Notes: generated by a model from the letters alone, not told the origin. A DNA stretch of 64,000 nt from Bacteriovoracia bacterium (GCA_050251055.1 JBFWNL010000009.1:64001-128000), one strand, 5' to 3'; shown: positions 20,108 to 30,702, numbered from the stretch's first letter. Translations and numbers: made by a program.

Positions 20108-21696
20108 CCGAGCACGACCTGGTCCATGAGCATGTAAGGCCCGCCCGATCCGGCGAATACGAGCTCTTTGTGGTATTTGCCGCAGCCGCCGGCATCATTA
20201 TAAGGGAAGCGTGCTTGGTCCGGGCCCGCGCGCTCGGCTTCGATCTTCGACTTGCCTAGGATGGAGTTCAGCACTTCGGGCGTATAACCCGTCATTTGAA
20301 TCTCCCCTCCCGTCGGCCCCTTGAAGAAACGACCGGTAAGCTTGCCGCCTTTTACTTCCTTCACGTAGGCCATGCCGACTTGGATACCCATGCCCTTGGG
20401 GTCTTCCATGCCGCCGGCCGGTCGCACGGCCAAGAAGCCATCTTCGATTTGCGCGAGCAGCTGCCCGTAAGTTTCCTCACCGGGGCTGAAATAGGTATTG
20501 GTCTGACGCGTATAAACGCCGCTCGCCCAGCTCTCGCGCTTGCCATTGGCCGTGCGCGGGACGCCCAAACGTACGGCCGAAGTCAGGTTCGTCATCGGCG
20601 GCTTGAGTTTACCCGATTCGAGCAGAACCTGTTCCTGCGCGAACCAGCCTTCCTCGTCGAAGAAGTAACTACCCCAGGCGGCGTATTTCTGATCGCCGTT
20701 CTCGTACATCGCGGGGTTATTCAAAATCGTGGCGTGCCGGTTTCCCACCAGCTCGCCTGAATGATAGAGATCCCACGCCTTGCTGCGACCGCGGACGCAC
20801 GTATCGCCTTCTTGCGAATGCCCAAACGCCTCGTGCGCGAGCACGCCGGATATACAAGGCGCGAAAAGCACGCGGTACTTACCCGGCTTCAGGCGCTCGG
20901 CGTGCTTCAGCCCATGTAGGTCACGGAGGACGTTCTCTAACTCCACCTCGGGTACTTCGATCACTTCGCGACCGCCGAGACCTCCGACGTAGAAGTAGCT
21001 ACGTTCTCCCCCCGAGCGTAAGGTCACGTTCGCGGCGAAACGGTACAACGTTTGGGAAAGGTTCACTTCGCGATCGATGAAGACCGTTTCTTCGAGATGG
21101 AACCGCTCCAAAGCGGAGCCGTAGGTGATGTCCTCGGCCTTAAGACCGAAACGCGGCGCCAACTCCTGGCAACGCGCGAGCAGCTGTTTCAACCGCGCCA
21201 AGCGGGCCTCGCCCGCGACGGCGTCCGGCGCGACGTCGAAGCGAATTCCGAAATGCACGGGAGTGGAAGCCTTCACGTCGGCGGGGACCTGCACGCGAAT
21301 CTCTTCCTCGAGAGGAAGGGCAAGGCGTTCGCGCCAGCTCGCGGGCCGATAGGGACGCCGCGGAAGTCCGCGGTAAGTCTCGTCCCCTTGGGCCGCGCGC
21401 ACGCGCGCGACCAGCTCATCGACGGCCTTGCGAAGCGCCGGGGCCTCGAGTTCGTCGGTGGCCTTTTCGTACATCGTGACGCCGTCGAAAATCCGCAGCA
21501 CTACGCCCATCGTGACGTTTTCGCTGACGTTGGTTTTCTTCAAATCGGCTTGAAAATAATTTGACGATTTGCATTCAAAATAGACGGAGCCGTACCAGTC
21601 GGGAGCAGCTTCTAGAGCCGAGACCAGGGGCGTTAAAGTCTCCCGAATTTTGACGGTTTCCGGGGAAAGCGGGGCGCGTTTAGTCTGCGAAGTCAT
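20104..21696 (-). CDS. tldD: TldD family metalloprotease
   Basis: HEAFGHSQEGD, FDEEG, NGKRES, RQTNT, GGCGK motifs. Confidence 0.85.
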   Translation of the reverse strand: MTSQTKRAPLSPETVKIRETLTPLVSALEAAPDWYGSVYFECKSSNYFQADLKKTNVSENVTMGVVLRIFDGVTMYEKATDELEAPALRKAVDELVARVRAAQGDETYRGLPRRPYRPASWRERLALPLEEEIRVQVPADVKASTPVHFGIRFDVAPDAVAGEARLARLKQLLARCQELAPRFGLKAEDITYGSALERFHLEETVFIDREVNLSQTLYRFAANVTLRSGGERSYFYVGGLGGREVIEVPEVELENVLRDLHGLKHAERLKPGKYRVLFAPCISGVLAHEAFGHSQEGDTCVRGRSKAWDLYHSGELVGNRHATILNNPAMYENGDQKYAAWGSYFFDEEGWFAQEQVLLESGKLKPPMTNLTSAVRLGVPRTANGKRESWASGVYTRQTNTYFSPGEETYGQLLAQIEDGFLAVRPAGGMEDPKGMGIQVGMAYVKEVKGGKLTGRFFKGPTGGEIQMTGYTPEVLNSILGKSKIEAERAGPDQARFPYNDAGGCGKYHKELVFAGSGGPYMLMDQVVLG

Positions 21697-21815
21697 AGAC
21701 TAATGGAGGTAGCCCAAATCCCCGCGAATATCAAAAGCAGACTTTTGACGCCCTTAGCAGACTGCTTTAGTCCGCTTAGATCAAGGTGTTGGCAGATTCC
21801 GTCGAGAAGAAAGGT

Positions 21816-22901
21816 ATGGAACGGTCCATTTCCCTCATTGCTTTCGCGGGGATGCTCACGGCGTGGGGCATGAGCGGCTGTGCGAAGCCGGGCGATGAAG
21901 ATCTCTTGCGGCTCACTCGGCGCTCAAGCCATCTCTACCTGGTAAGTGGCGCCTGCTACGGCGGAACCGCGTCCGTCGCGAGCGGATCATCCACCGTCGC
22001 CCGCTACAGCATGTTTACCGGTACTTTCCAAGACGTGGTCTGGGACTACGCAACAGAGTCCCCGGGCGACGTTCCCGTCGGCATCGCCGAGCTCAACGAA
22101 GACGAGCTGCTGGTCACTGTTCATAGCTCCTGGGGCAACCGCATCGATCGCGTGGCAAAAGACGGCAGCTCGGCCACGCCGTGGCTAGCCAATGCGGCGT
22201 ACTTGACCGGAGATTTTCACGCGTTCAGCTTAATGGCCGACGGATCGCCGATTCTCACCCGGGGAAACGTCGGTGGCGTCGTGGAAAAGCTGACGACGGC
22301 CGGCGCTCGACTCGCGCCCACCGGACTAAGCAACAAGGCGTTCGTCGAAGGCCCCGTCGGCGCCGGCGGCTGCGGAGCCACGACCACGCTTTCGCGCGTG
22401 ACGGGCGCGGTCGCGCTGGATGACGGCAAGCTCATTCTGACCAACGCCGGAAATTCGCCGAACAACCGCTTGTTGATGGTTTCCGCCACGGGTTACGGCG
22501 CGAGCGCGAACTGCCTGGCCGCGACCCAAGTCGGGGCGTCCGCGAGCTCAAACCCCACGGCCTTGCTCCTTCACTCGAGCGGAAAAGTCGTGGTTGCCTC
22601 CGCCGGCACCCTGGGCGCGAACAACTATCTCCACACCTACGACGTCGATCCGGCTTCGCCCGCTTTCACGCAAGGCACGCGTGCATACCAAGACCCCGCG
22701 GTAGTGAATGGCGTGACGGCGCTGGCGGAAAGCCCCGTCTCCGGCGAGATTCTGGTAGCCAACGGCCAGCAAGATCTCAACACGATCGAAAAGTTTTCCT
22801 TTGACCCCACCACGCGCACCGCGACCCGCGTAGGCGCTCAGCCCTTCATTCCCGCCAGCGTCTTCACCCGCTGCGTGAGTGGGATGATCGTCGGCTATTG
22901 A
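21816..22901 (+). CDS. Lipoprotein, probable beta-propeller
   Basis: Lipobox MSGC; repeated beta-rich blades with paired Cys. Confidence 0.6.
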   Translation: MERSISLIAFAGMLTAWGMSGCAKPGDEDLLRLTRRSSHLYLVSGACYGGTASVASGSSTVARYSMFTGTFQDVVWDYATESPGDVPVGIAELNEDELLVTVHSSWGNRIDRVAKDGSSATPWLANAAYLTGDFHAFSLMADGSPILTRGNVGGVVEKLTTAGARLAPTGLSNKAFVEGPVGAGGCGATTTLSRVTGAVALDDGKLILTNAGNSPNNRLLMVSATGYGASANCLAATQVGASASSNPTALLLHSSGKVVVASAGTLGANNYLHTYDVDPASPAFTQGTRAYQDPAVVNGVTALAESPVSGEILVANGQQDLNTIEKFSFDPTTRTATRVGAQPFIPASVFTRCVSGMIVGY

Positions 22902-22913
22902 AAACCCCGCGCG

Positions 22914-23576
22914 CTACTCGGTTTCTTTCGTCTCTTCTTTCACCGGTAGAATCATCCCGGCTAGGTCTATCCGGATATCGCACAAGGTGACGAGCGGGCG
23001 ATAAACGCTGATACCGCCCCCGCGGCTCCGACGGGCCACGCGCTTTTTGAAACATTGCACATGGGTACCTCGGTAAGAGGGATGCCCCCAATTTCCGGGA
23101 TACTCCACGCCGTGCTTGGCAAGATGCTCATACAGGAACGTGGCCACATCCCCCTTGAGCTGCAGGAAAAAATCAGGGTCGGCGGCGTTCGGCGAGCAAA
23201 CCACGCCTTGGAACCGGATCTCCCGTTTCGGGTCGGTTAAGTCGCCGCGCATGCGAACATCATCGCGCTTCAGCAGGGTCGGAGCGCCCTGACGATCCAG
23301 AATCATCATCGCATAGGGCCGTGGGCCGTACTGGGTTTCCAAATCCGTCCACACGAGATTCGCCATCTCACCTAGCTGCAGTCCTTCCTTGAAGGATTTA
23401 GCGCCGCCCCAGCCCAGCTCGATGCGGATCGCACTTTGCTCGGAATCTTCCCAGTAAATCGCCGCCTCGGTGGCGATTCCTTCGCGACCCGCTTCCGCGG
23501 ACGTGGCCCGCACGCCCATCCCGGCACTCAAAGCCAAGCAAGCCATCACCACATTTAATAAGAGAGATTTTTTCAT
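22914..23576 (-). CDS. Secreted hypothetical protein
   Basis: MKK plus hydrophobic signal peptide; fills the gap between neighbours. Confidence 0.6.
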   Translation of the reverse strand: MKKSLLLNVVMACLALSAGMGVRATSAEAGREGIATEAAIYWEDSEQSAIRIELGWGGAKSFKEGLQLGEMANLVWTDLETQYGPRPYAMMILDRQGAPTLLKRDDVRMRGDLTDPKREIRFQGVVCSPNAADPDFFLQLKGDVATFLYEHLAKHGVEYPGNWGHPSYRGTHVQCFKKRVARRSRGGGISVYRPLVTLCDIRIDLAGMILPVKEETKETE

Positions 23577-23684
23577 CGGCTACCCCTACGACTCATCCAG
23601 ACCGAAGTCAGTCGGGGCTACCTAGCAATTTCATTGCGCCGAGTCAACACCCGCGGCCGTCACCGCAAGGACTAGCGCCATGCA

Positions 23685-23942
23685 TTACTTTTGTTCCGTC
23701 TTCGGAAAACGCCCGTAGATGACGTTACCGGCGGAATCCACCGTGGCCTGTTCAGGCGCCTGAATACGCTTGCGGATTTCTTGCGAAAGTTCCGCCATCG
23801 TTTCGGCCACGGCGACGAACGCTTCTTGAGACACGTTGATCACGCTAGGGCCAAAGCTCAGATGCACTACTCCGCACCCACAAGCACGAACATAGAATTG
23901 ATCTGTATTCGTCATTACGCATGGACCACCGTGATTGCTCAT
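23685..23942 (-). CDS. Small hypothetical protein with a CxC...H motif
   Basis: AAGGAG RBS before ATG 23942; ACGCGVVHL. Confidence 0.6.
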   Translation of the reverse strand: MSNHGGPCVMTNTDQFYVRACGCGVVHLSFGPSVINVSQEAFVAVAETMAELSQEIRKRIQAPEQATVDSAGNVIYGRFPKTEQK

Positions 23943-23984
23943 GAGAAACACTCCTTAAATGTAGCTTTACAAGCAGCACCAAAG

Positions 23985-24001
23985 ATGAGAATGATTCTCA
24001 T
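23985..24001. promoter_or_regulatory. Fur-box-like palindrome
   Basis: ATGAGAA-TGA-TTCTCAT, perfect 7-3-7 inverted repeat between divergent genes. Confidence 0.7.
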
Positions 24002-24083
24002 TATTAATGAAAGCCGTTTCGAGGTCAAGGATATTCCTCCGGGTTGTCTTGGCTGACGGCGAGTTTATAAAGAAGAGGAGCCT

Positions 24084-25061
24084 ATGAATTATCTGCCTAC
24101 TCTAATGATGGCTTTCGCCGCCGTCGTTTCCGTCAACCATGCAAACGCGGCCGACACGCAACTCGAACGCGGCCTGAGCGCCCTCAAGAGCATGACCGGC
24201 TGTTACCTCGTGGACTACAGCTACACCGAAACCGAGTCCCTCAAGGAAGGTTACGAGCGCGACAAACGTGTTTACGACGTCAATCAGGACAAGTCGGTAA
24301 AGGAATGGGTCTTCGCCGATAGGGTTTCCGACACCCGTGTGCGCATGCAGCACGTGCTGTTCGCGACCGACCTGAACGGAAAAATTTTCGACGGCGCGTT
24401 TCTGCGCCACACCGGCGAAGACTGGGAATACGATGCACCTTTCTTATATGATTACCAAGGCCCGCTCGTTTGGAACGTGAAGGACCTTAAGGAAAGCAAA
24501 GGTAAATGGACCCGCCGCGTGACGAACCTCGACGACGGCCTACGTTACCAGTGCGCCGCCGCCTGGGAAATGGGCACGGCGTACCCGGAGTGGACATGCG
24601 ACGGTTACGCGCCCATTCCCGGCCGCGAAACCCGCGACATGGGCCGCAAAGACTACAACACGCTTCAACGCTCCACCCGCATCGTCGCTTATGGCACGAA
24701 CTGGCTCGAGCGCCAGGCCAACACGAAGATCATCCACGGCAAGGACAACTCCCGCACGCCGCTCGCCAAAGAACTGGGGAAGAACTGGTACGTTCGCCTG
24801 CCTGACTCCGAATGCGCGCCGGCCGTGAAATTCATCGAACCGCAGCTTCCCTTCTGGACGCTCGTGCGCGAAACCTGGGATGAAGTATTCACCGGAGATC
24901 GCCCATTCATCGAAAAGGTGCCACAAGCCGCGCCCCCTCGCTTCATCCGCGTGATGGAACTCGAGGAAGAATACGCAGCGAAGGACCTGAAAAACCCCGA
25001 CGTGCGCAAAGCCGCGCGGGCGGAGCTGCTGAAGATCATCGCCGATTACCGTAGCAACTGA
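24084..25061 (+). CDS. Secreted DUF6607-like protein, putatively iron-regulated
   Basis: GAGGAG RBS; signal peptide; SMTGCYxVxYSYTET, QHVL, DDGLRY, PIPGRE, RKDYN motifs recalled for this family. Confidence 0.6.
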   Translation: MNYLPTLMMAFAAVVSVNHANAADTQLERGLSALKSMTGCYLVDYSYTETESLKEGYERDKRVYDVNQDKSVKEWVFADRVSDTRVRMQHVLFATDLNGKIFDGAFLRHTGEDWEYDAPFLYDYQGPLVWNVKDLKESKGKWTRRVTNLDDGLRYQCAAAWEMGTAYPEWTCDGYAPIPGRETRDMGRKDYNTLQRSTRIVAYGTNWLERQANTKIIHGKDNSRTPLAKELGKNWYVRLPDSECAPAVKFIEPQLPFWTLVRETWDEVFTGDRPFIEKVPQAAPPRFIRVMELEEEYAAKDLKNPDVRKAARAELLKIIADYRSN

Positions 25062-26689
25062 GGCAGCGGCTGCATGCGGTCGCCCAGCACGGCTGCCGTG
25101 AAGGTCCCTGTACGCGGGCTGACATAGTTGGGGTCGATTCCTGAACGGAAAACGTTGTTGCCGTTCGCGTCCACTGGGATCACTAGATTCGCGTAGCCGT
25201 TCGCTACGCCGCCGGGGTTGGCATAGTCTTCCGGCGCCAGGCCCATCGCCCGCATCACGCTCACCCACCAGCGCTGCAGCGGCAGCCCCGGGAAGGAACG
25301 AGCCCAACTGACGTCCGCCTCATTTTCCACCACGTGGTTATCGAGGTTGCGAAAGTCGTGGTATTGGCCCGTGTTCAGGCGACCACCGGCGCTGCCAAAG
25401 GACATGAGGAAAGCTTCGCGCTGAAGGTGGGTCGTAGGCCCCGCCTCGTTTTGATAGACCACGAGCGATTGATCAAGTAGCGAGCCTCCCGCACCCGACG
25501 GCATGCTGTCGAGGGTCTGCAGCAAGGGTTTGAGCAGATACTCGAACACTCGCCGCTGACTCCGCACGTAGATGCGTTGACGTTCGGGATTCGTGTGGGC
25601 ATGAGCGATGTGGTTATGGAAATCGGAAGAACCGATTTCCGAATTCGTGCTCATCGTGTCAGGGATGCCGATCGTGGCGATGCGGGTCGCCCCGCAGCTG
25701 AGGGCGATCGTGATGATCTCGATCATGTGCTGCCAATAAAGCGCCGTGTAGGTCGGATCATAGTACGCTTCGTTCGGATCGTAGTTGACGCGCTGATAGC
25801 GGGAGCGCGGCATGGGCTGACACGTGAAGGTCGTTGGCGCCAGGCGGCGCTGCAGGTCCGTAAGGAGCGAAACGAACTGGTCGATGCGGTTACGATCTTG
25901 GCCGCTCATGCGCGCCGCGGGACCATACGCGCTGCGGGTTACCCGCCGATAATCCTCGAGCACCCGGTCGATCAAGAAAGTCCGGTTCGGCGCGGCTTGC
26001 CCCGAGGTATCCGGAAAGAGCGCATCAAACAGCTCGTTCGGCCAGTAATACTGCCCGGCGCGGGTGGAGGGGTTGGCCGGCGCGAAGGACATACTCCAAC
26101 GTCCCAACCCTACCGTCCGTAGCCGAGGATTTTGCGGATAGAATCCAGGCGCGGCGGCGATCGTGTGGTCGAGCGACTGCACAAACGGGCCGATACCCGG
26201 CATGCGATTGGGCTCTCCGTTCGTGTAGGTCTGGTTGCCCAAGAACTGTCCCACCGAGTGCTCCGGGTTAAACAGCTGGTCCACGCCGCGATACATATTC
26301 ATGCGCGTGAGATAAGGATTCATGAAACTGCCCAACATCCGCGATAGGCGCGCCTGGCCCGCGTCGGGGTCCGCCTCCGGATTTCCGAGGGGGCTATTAT
26401 CCACGGTTTTCAGATTGTTCAGCTCACCTTTGCGCACGTAATAGTTCGGATAGAGGAGACTCTCGGAAATGCCCCCGATCGCTCCGCGCGTGTACTGGGT
26501 GGCCACCGCGTTGGGATAAAAATTCACGGGATGGAAACCGCCGTGCCCCTGCGCGGTGTAAATGAGTGCACGGGGAGGGCCGTCCGCTGCCTCCGCTCGA
26601 GTCAGGAGCGAGGGTAGAAACGGGAGGGCTAGGGTCGCCCCGCCCACTCCCTGCAAAAAATGCCGCCGAGAAAGCTTCGTTTGCTTCAT
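25046..26689 (-). CDS. Tat-exported DUF1552 family protein
   Basis: SRRHFLQGVGGATLALPFLPSL; ALSCGATRIAT; HNHIAH; SLLDQSLV; GSAGG. Confidence 0.8.
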   Translation of the reverse strand: MKQTKLSRRHFLQGVGGATLALPFLPSLLTRAEAADGPPRALIYTAQGHGGFHPVNFYPNAVATQYTRGAIGGISESLLYPNYYVRKGELNNLKTVDNSPLGNPEADPDAGQARLSRMLGSFMNPYLTRMNMYRGVDQLFNPEHSVGQFLGNQTYTNGEPNRMPGIGPFVQSLDHTIAAAPGFYPQNPRLRTVGLGRWSMSFAPANPSTRAGQYYWPNELFDALFPDTSGQAAPNRTFLIDRVLEDYRRVTRSAYGPAARMSGQDRNRIDQFVSLLTDLQRRLAPTTFTCQPMPRSRYQRVNYDPNEAYYDPTYTALYWQHMIEIITIALSCGATRIATIGIPDTMSTNSEIGSSDFHNHIAHAHTNPERQRIYVRSQRRVFEYLLKPLLQTLDSMPSGAGGSLLDQSLVVYQNEAGPTTHLQREAFLMSFGSAGGRLNTGQYHDFRNLDNHVVENEADVSWARSFPGLPLQRWWVSVMRAMGLAPEDYANPGGVANGYANLVIPVDANGNNVFRSGIDPNYVSPRTGTFTAAVLGDRMQPLPQLLR

Positions 26690-26690
26690 A

Positions 26691-29600
26691 TTAAGGAGCC
26701 CCACCTTTTCGAAGTTTGAAGTGCGGATGCGTGGCGATCGCCCGCATCACCGACTTGATGTCGCGCTGGCCGCCCTGGGTCGCCTGTTGAAACATCTGCT
26801 GTACCATGCAGGCATCCCCGCCCGTCAGGTCTTCCGACTTGCGGAAGCTGTAGCGAAACCACTGACGCGAGAAGCACGCCTCGCCCTTGAGCGAATCGGC
26901 GATCATCCGTGAAAGCGTGACCCCATCCATTGAGGTTCGACTATCCTGGCTGAAGATCAGTGGAATCGTGGCCGAGTCCACTGTCGCCCGGCGCAGCTCC
27001 ATCCCCGCTTGCCCACTTGTATCCGAGTAATAAACTATTTCCTGCTCCCGGTCGCGTCCGAAAGAATCGTAATTCTCCAGTGCAAATCCGAGCGGGTTGA
27101 TCTGCGTCGTGTGACAGCCGGCGCAAGCGGTACCAGGAATCTGCGTAATCGCCTCGACGTACTGACGGGTGGTTTGATCCGGCGTGATCATCGCGGTCGC
27201 CGGAGTATTGTTATCCGCGGGCGGAAGCAGCGTATCGCAAAGAATGCGACGGCGAATGTCAGCGCCTCGGATAATTGGCCGGGTCTTGGCCGAACCCGTG
27301 AACGAGGTCTGCGCACGCGTAAGGATGCCCGCGCGAGTGCCGGCGGGGAACCTAACGAGGTTGGTCGGCGACCCACCCCACGGAGCGACGTTATAGATCG
27401 CCGAGGCGAGGTTTCCGGCGCGGGCGAACGAGGCATCCGAAAGCAGGAGGTCGCGATAAGTGCCTTGGTTCGCGAAGTAGTGGCCGGTCAGACTGTACAT
27501 CTCGTCGATCATCTCCTGGCGAACGGACGCCATGTTAATGCCGCTCACCTGCAGGGTCGCAATGAAGGATTGAGTGGAGGGAAGATTGTTGATTGCCGGG
27601 GTATCTTCCAACTTCAGCCATTCATTAAAGAATGTACGCACGCCAGTCACGGTCTTCGCGGAGCCGACCACCCGATCCAGCTGGGCGGCAAAGCCCGCGG
27701 TGGTCAAAAGGCTGCCGTCCGCCGCCGCGGCGAAAAGCGCGGAATCCGGCATGCTCTGCCAGAACGTGTACGAGAGACGCGCAGCGATCTCGTAACCCGT
27801 CAACGGATAGAGATAGCTCGTTCCCGCCTGAGCGTTGGCGCCATTTTCGAAGTGATGCAGGAAATAGGGTGTCGTCAGCATTACGACGAGCGTATTGCGA
27901 AACCCACCATTGCTCGCGTCGTTGAAGATGCCTTGCAGGTAACTAAGATCATCTGGCTCAAGCAGCGGCCGACGATACGTAAGGCGGCCCACCTCGCGCA
28001 AGAAGGCGTCCCGGCAAGTCGCGGAAACCGGGATCGTCGTGGCGCAGGCGCCGCCGATCTTTTGGAGCTTGGCGGCGGTGTTTGTGAGTTCGGTCGCGAT
28101 GATCTCCGCCGCTTCGAAATACTTATCCACGTGGAGCGCGGTCAAGGACTCATCCATGCCGGCCATGGTCGAATGCGCATCTTTGGGGATAGATCCGATC
28201 GGCGCTCCCGCGGCGTTCATGGCGGCCGCTATCTCCGTCTCGGTATAGGCTTTCGTCCGCATGAGATCTTGGAGCGAGTTCACGTATTCCACTTTCTTCA
28301 GTCGCTTGAGTACGCTCACCGACGGCTCCGCCGTAGCGTTACAAGAAAACCCTTGGTGCGTCGGGAAATCCCCCATATCTGGGCTCGCAGTCATGCCGTT
28401 GATCCAATTACTGAGCTTCGCCGCCTCCACCTCATTGAAGGTGCCCAGCGCGGGCGGCATATTCGCGGCTCCGGAAGTGCCGACAAAGCGCGTGCGCTGC
28501 ACGAGGCGCGAGCCCGCGGCGTTGCCCGCTACCACGAGGCCAGAAGCGACAAACTCCGCCTCGGTCGCGTAGTCCAGACGCGCGGAAGGCACACTGCCCG
28601 CGGGATTGTGACAACTCGTGCAGTACGTCTGCAAAACCATGCGGGCCGCCTCGAACCGATCCACCGGCAGCGTGATCGTGACGTTCACGGTGGCGGTAGC
28701 GGTCAATCCACCCGAATCGCGAATCGTATACTGGAAAGAGTCCGCCCCGCTCGCGGACGCGCCCGCCGTGTAAGTAACGGTCGAAGCGCTGATCACGGTC
28801 GTGCCCTTGGTGGCGCCCGTGGCGCTCACCACCTGAATGGCTTGACCGTCCGGGTCGGAGTCATTTGTCAGCACGTTCACGGTAACACTCTGCCCCTGCT
28901 CCACGGCCGTGGCGTCATTCAGGGCGATCGGCGCGCGATTGGGCGGGAGGGTCACCACGACCGAGACCGTCGCCGTCGCGGTTAACCCTAGCGGATCACG
29001 CACGGTGTAGGTGAAGGCGTCCGTGCTCGCGAAGTTCCCGCTCGGCGTGTAGACGATATTCATGCCGGAGATCGAGATCGTGCCGCGACTAGGGTTCGTT
29101 GCCGAGCTGATCGTCAGCGAATCGCCGTCGGGATCCGAGTCGTTCGCCAACACCTGGACAGAAACGCTTTGGCCGTACACCACCGTCGAAGCGTCGTTCT
29201 GGGCGACGGGCGGCCGATTCGGATTCGCGGAAATATTTACCGTCACCGTACCCGTAGCGGTACCGCCGCGGCCGTCGGAGGCCACATACGTGAACGTGGT
29301 GCTGACATTGGGAGTGGCGGGCGCCAGGTAGCTCACTTGCGAGCCCGAAATCGCCGCCGTACCCCGGCCTGGCGCGGTGATACTCATTAACGTCAGGGCG
29401 TCGCCGTCAGGATCCGAGTCGTTCGCCAATACGGAAATCAGGATGGCTTGCGAGGGCAGCACGGTGACCGTGTCATTTACCGCGACGGGGGCGCGATTAG
29501 GTAGCGGAAGAATGGAAACTGTGACCGAAGACGTGGCGATTTCTCCGCGGCCGTCGGAAATCGTGTAGCCGAATACGTCTTCTACATTGGCGAGACTGCC

Positions 29601-29906
29601 GGCCACGTAGCGAATCTGGCCATCAAGAATCTCCGTGGTGCCGTAAGTGGCCTCCCCCACATTCAAGATGGTCAGGGCATCGCCATCCGGGTCGGAGTCG
29701 TTCGCCAACACGGGAATCACCAAAGTCGCGCCAACGATGACCGAAGCCGTGTCCGGCCGGGCCAGCGGAGCCGCGTCCTCCGGGGCCGCCTGCTGCGCTT
29801 GGCCTGGACGACGCGCTTCCGAGTAAAGCTTGGGCTGAAAAAAACAGCCCGAGGCGCTAAGTGCGAATATTCCCAAAGCGATTCTGAATGAAAGCATCGT
29901 CTTCAC
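26691..29906 (-). CDS. Lipoprotein: 4 Ig/cadherin-like repeats + cytochrome c + DUF1592/DUF1588/DUF1585 domains
   Basis: Lipobox ASGC; 4x VLxNDSDPDG; CTSCH; RLKKVEYVNS; EIAARLSYTFWQSMPD; RAGILT; PIIRG; CAGCH...INPLGFALENYD. Confidence 0.85.
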   Translation of the reverse strand: MKTMLSFRIALGIFALSASGCFFQPKLYSEARRPGQAQQAAPEDAAPLARPDTASVIVGATLVIPVLANDSDPDGDALTILNVGEATYGTTEILDGQIRYVAGSLANVEDVFGYTISDGRGEIATSSVTVSILPLPNRAPVAVNDTVTVLPSQAILISVLANDSDPDGDALTLMSITAPGRGTAAISGSQVSYLAPATPNVSTTFTYVASDGRGGTATGTVTVNISANPNRPPVAQNDASTVVYGQSVSVQVLANDSDPDGDSLTISSATNPSRGTISISGMNIVYTPSGNFASTDAFTYTVRDPLGLTATATVSVVVTLPPNRAPIALNDATAVEQGQSVTVNVLTNDSDPDGQAIQVVSATGATKGTTVISASTVTYTAGASASGADSFQYTIRDSGGLTATATVNVTITLPVDRFEAARMVLQTYCTSCHNPAGSVPSARLDYATEAEFVASGLVVAGNAAGSRLVQRTRFVGTSGAANMPPALGTFNEVEAAKLSNWINGMTASPDMGDFPTHQGFSCNATAEPSVSVLKRLKKVEYVNSLQDLMRTKAYTETEIAAAMNAAGAPIGSIPKDAHSTMAGMDESLTALHVDKYFEAAEIIATELTNTAAKLQKIGGACATTIPVSATCRDAFLREVGRLTYRRPLLEPDDLSYLQGIFNDASNGGFRNTLVVMLTTPYFLHHFENGANAQAGTSYLYPLTGYEIAARLSYTFWQSMPDSALFAAAADGSLLTTAGFAAQLDRVVGSAKTVTGVRTFFNEWLKLEDTPAINNLPSTQSFIATLQVSGINMASVRQEMIDEMYSLTGHYFANQGTYRDLLLSDASFARAGNLASAIYNVAPWGGSPTNLVRFPAGTRAGILTRAQTSFTGSAKTRPIIRGADIRRRILCDTLLPPADNNTPATAMITPDQTTRQYVEAITQIPGTACAGCHTTQINPLGFALENYDSFGRDREQEIVYYSDTSGQAGMELRRATVDSATIPLIFSQDSRTSMDGVTLSRMIADSLKGEACFSRQWFRYSFRKSEDLTGGDACMVQQMFQQATQGGQRDIKSVMRAIATHPHFKLRKGGAP
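28675..29770 (-). repeat. Four tandem ~90-aa Ig-like repeats
   Basis: NRxPxAxND...VLxNDSDPDG...FxYTxxDxxG recurs; DNA motif GAGTCGTTCGCCAA recurs near 29140, 29420 and 29700; boundaries approximate. Confidence 0.8.
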
Positions 29907-30129
29907 GTTCGAACCTCATCGAGTTACATGCGTAGATTCGATATGCATCCAGTCGTGAAGGAACGTACGGTAGACGCGGACTGCCTGCTCACTTAGGATA
30001 ATCCCGGCCGGCCCCGCCCCTCCACGATCCCGCGCCGCCTTAACCACTTCGTGTTTCCCCGTGTTGACGCGGTTTGGGGTGCTTACGACACACTACCTCG
30101 AGAGGAATTCGCCTTTACAAGGTCTCATA

Positions 30130-30152
30130 ATAATGAGAACGCTTCTCATTAT
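30130..30152. promoter_or_regulatory. Fur-box-like palindrome
   Basis: ATAATGAGAA-CGC-TTCTCATTAT, perfect 10-3-10 inverted repeat overlapping ATG 30151; same core as 23985-24001. Confidence 0.72.
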
Positions 30153-30702
30153 GACAAAACGAAGACAACAGATCGCTTGGGCACCCTATATTGGGCTCCT
30201 CGTGATGTCCTTCATCGGTTTCGGAATACCTAGCTTGGCGCACGAAGGCGGACACGGCGTGAAGGTCCCCGGCCAAGGCCCGCACGGCGGCAAAATGTCC
30301 GCGGTGATATCAGCGGCCGATTCCGAAAAGGGTTCCGCCGCCCCGACCCAAGGCGTGGCCGAGTGGAAACAGCAGGGTCCAGAGATCGAAGTTCACCTCT
30401 GGGATAAGTCACCGATGGCGGGCAAACCCGCCGCCGTGAGCGTTCCGGTGGCGGATGGCGCGAAGTCCGAGTTAAAGTGGATCGTGCTTTACGGAAACCA
30501 CGGAGAAAAAAAACCGGCACGCAAGCCGTTAGTGGTGAAGTCGGAACTTGTCGCGACTGCCGCGACCTTTAAGCACGCGTTCACCCCCGAAGAGCTAACG
30601 GGCGCCCAGACGATCGAAGTGATCTTGCCGGCCTTCGGCTCGATCACCCAAAAGCACGTTTTCGAAATGAGTTTAGGCATCCCCAAAGGATCGAGAAAGT
30701 GA
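30151..30702 (+). CDS. Secreted putative metal-binding protein
   Basis: Signal peptide ending SLA, then HEGGHG...GPHGG. Confidence 0.65.
   Translation: MTKRRQQIAWAPYIGLLVMSFIGFGIPSLAHEGGHGVKVPGQGPHGGKMSAVISAADSEKGSAAPTQGVAEWKQQGPEIEVHLWDKSPMAGKPAAVSVPVADGAKSELKWIVLYGNHGEKKPARKPLVVKSELVATAATFKHAFTPEELTGAQTIEVILPAFGSITQKHVFEMSLGIPKGSRK

Noticed and set aside
18731-21696. TldD/TldE as part of a RiPP cluster
   Set aside because: No precursor, YcaO or dedicated radical SAM maturase adjacent; treated as a general protease pair
27009-28985. Long antisense ORFs (also 2024-2845, 16047-17246, 17528-18502, 54398-55285)
   Set aside because: Shadow frames of well-supported genes in GC-rich DNA; Arg-rich and motif-free
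30061-30150. Upstream extension of the His-rich secreted protein ORF
   Set aside because: Covers the promoter and Fur-like palindrome; the signal peptide fits a start at 30151
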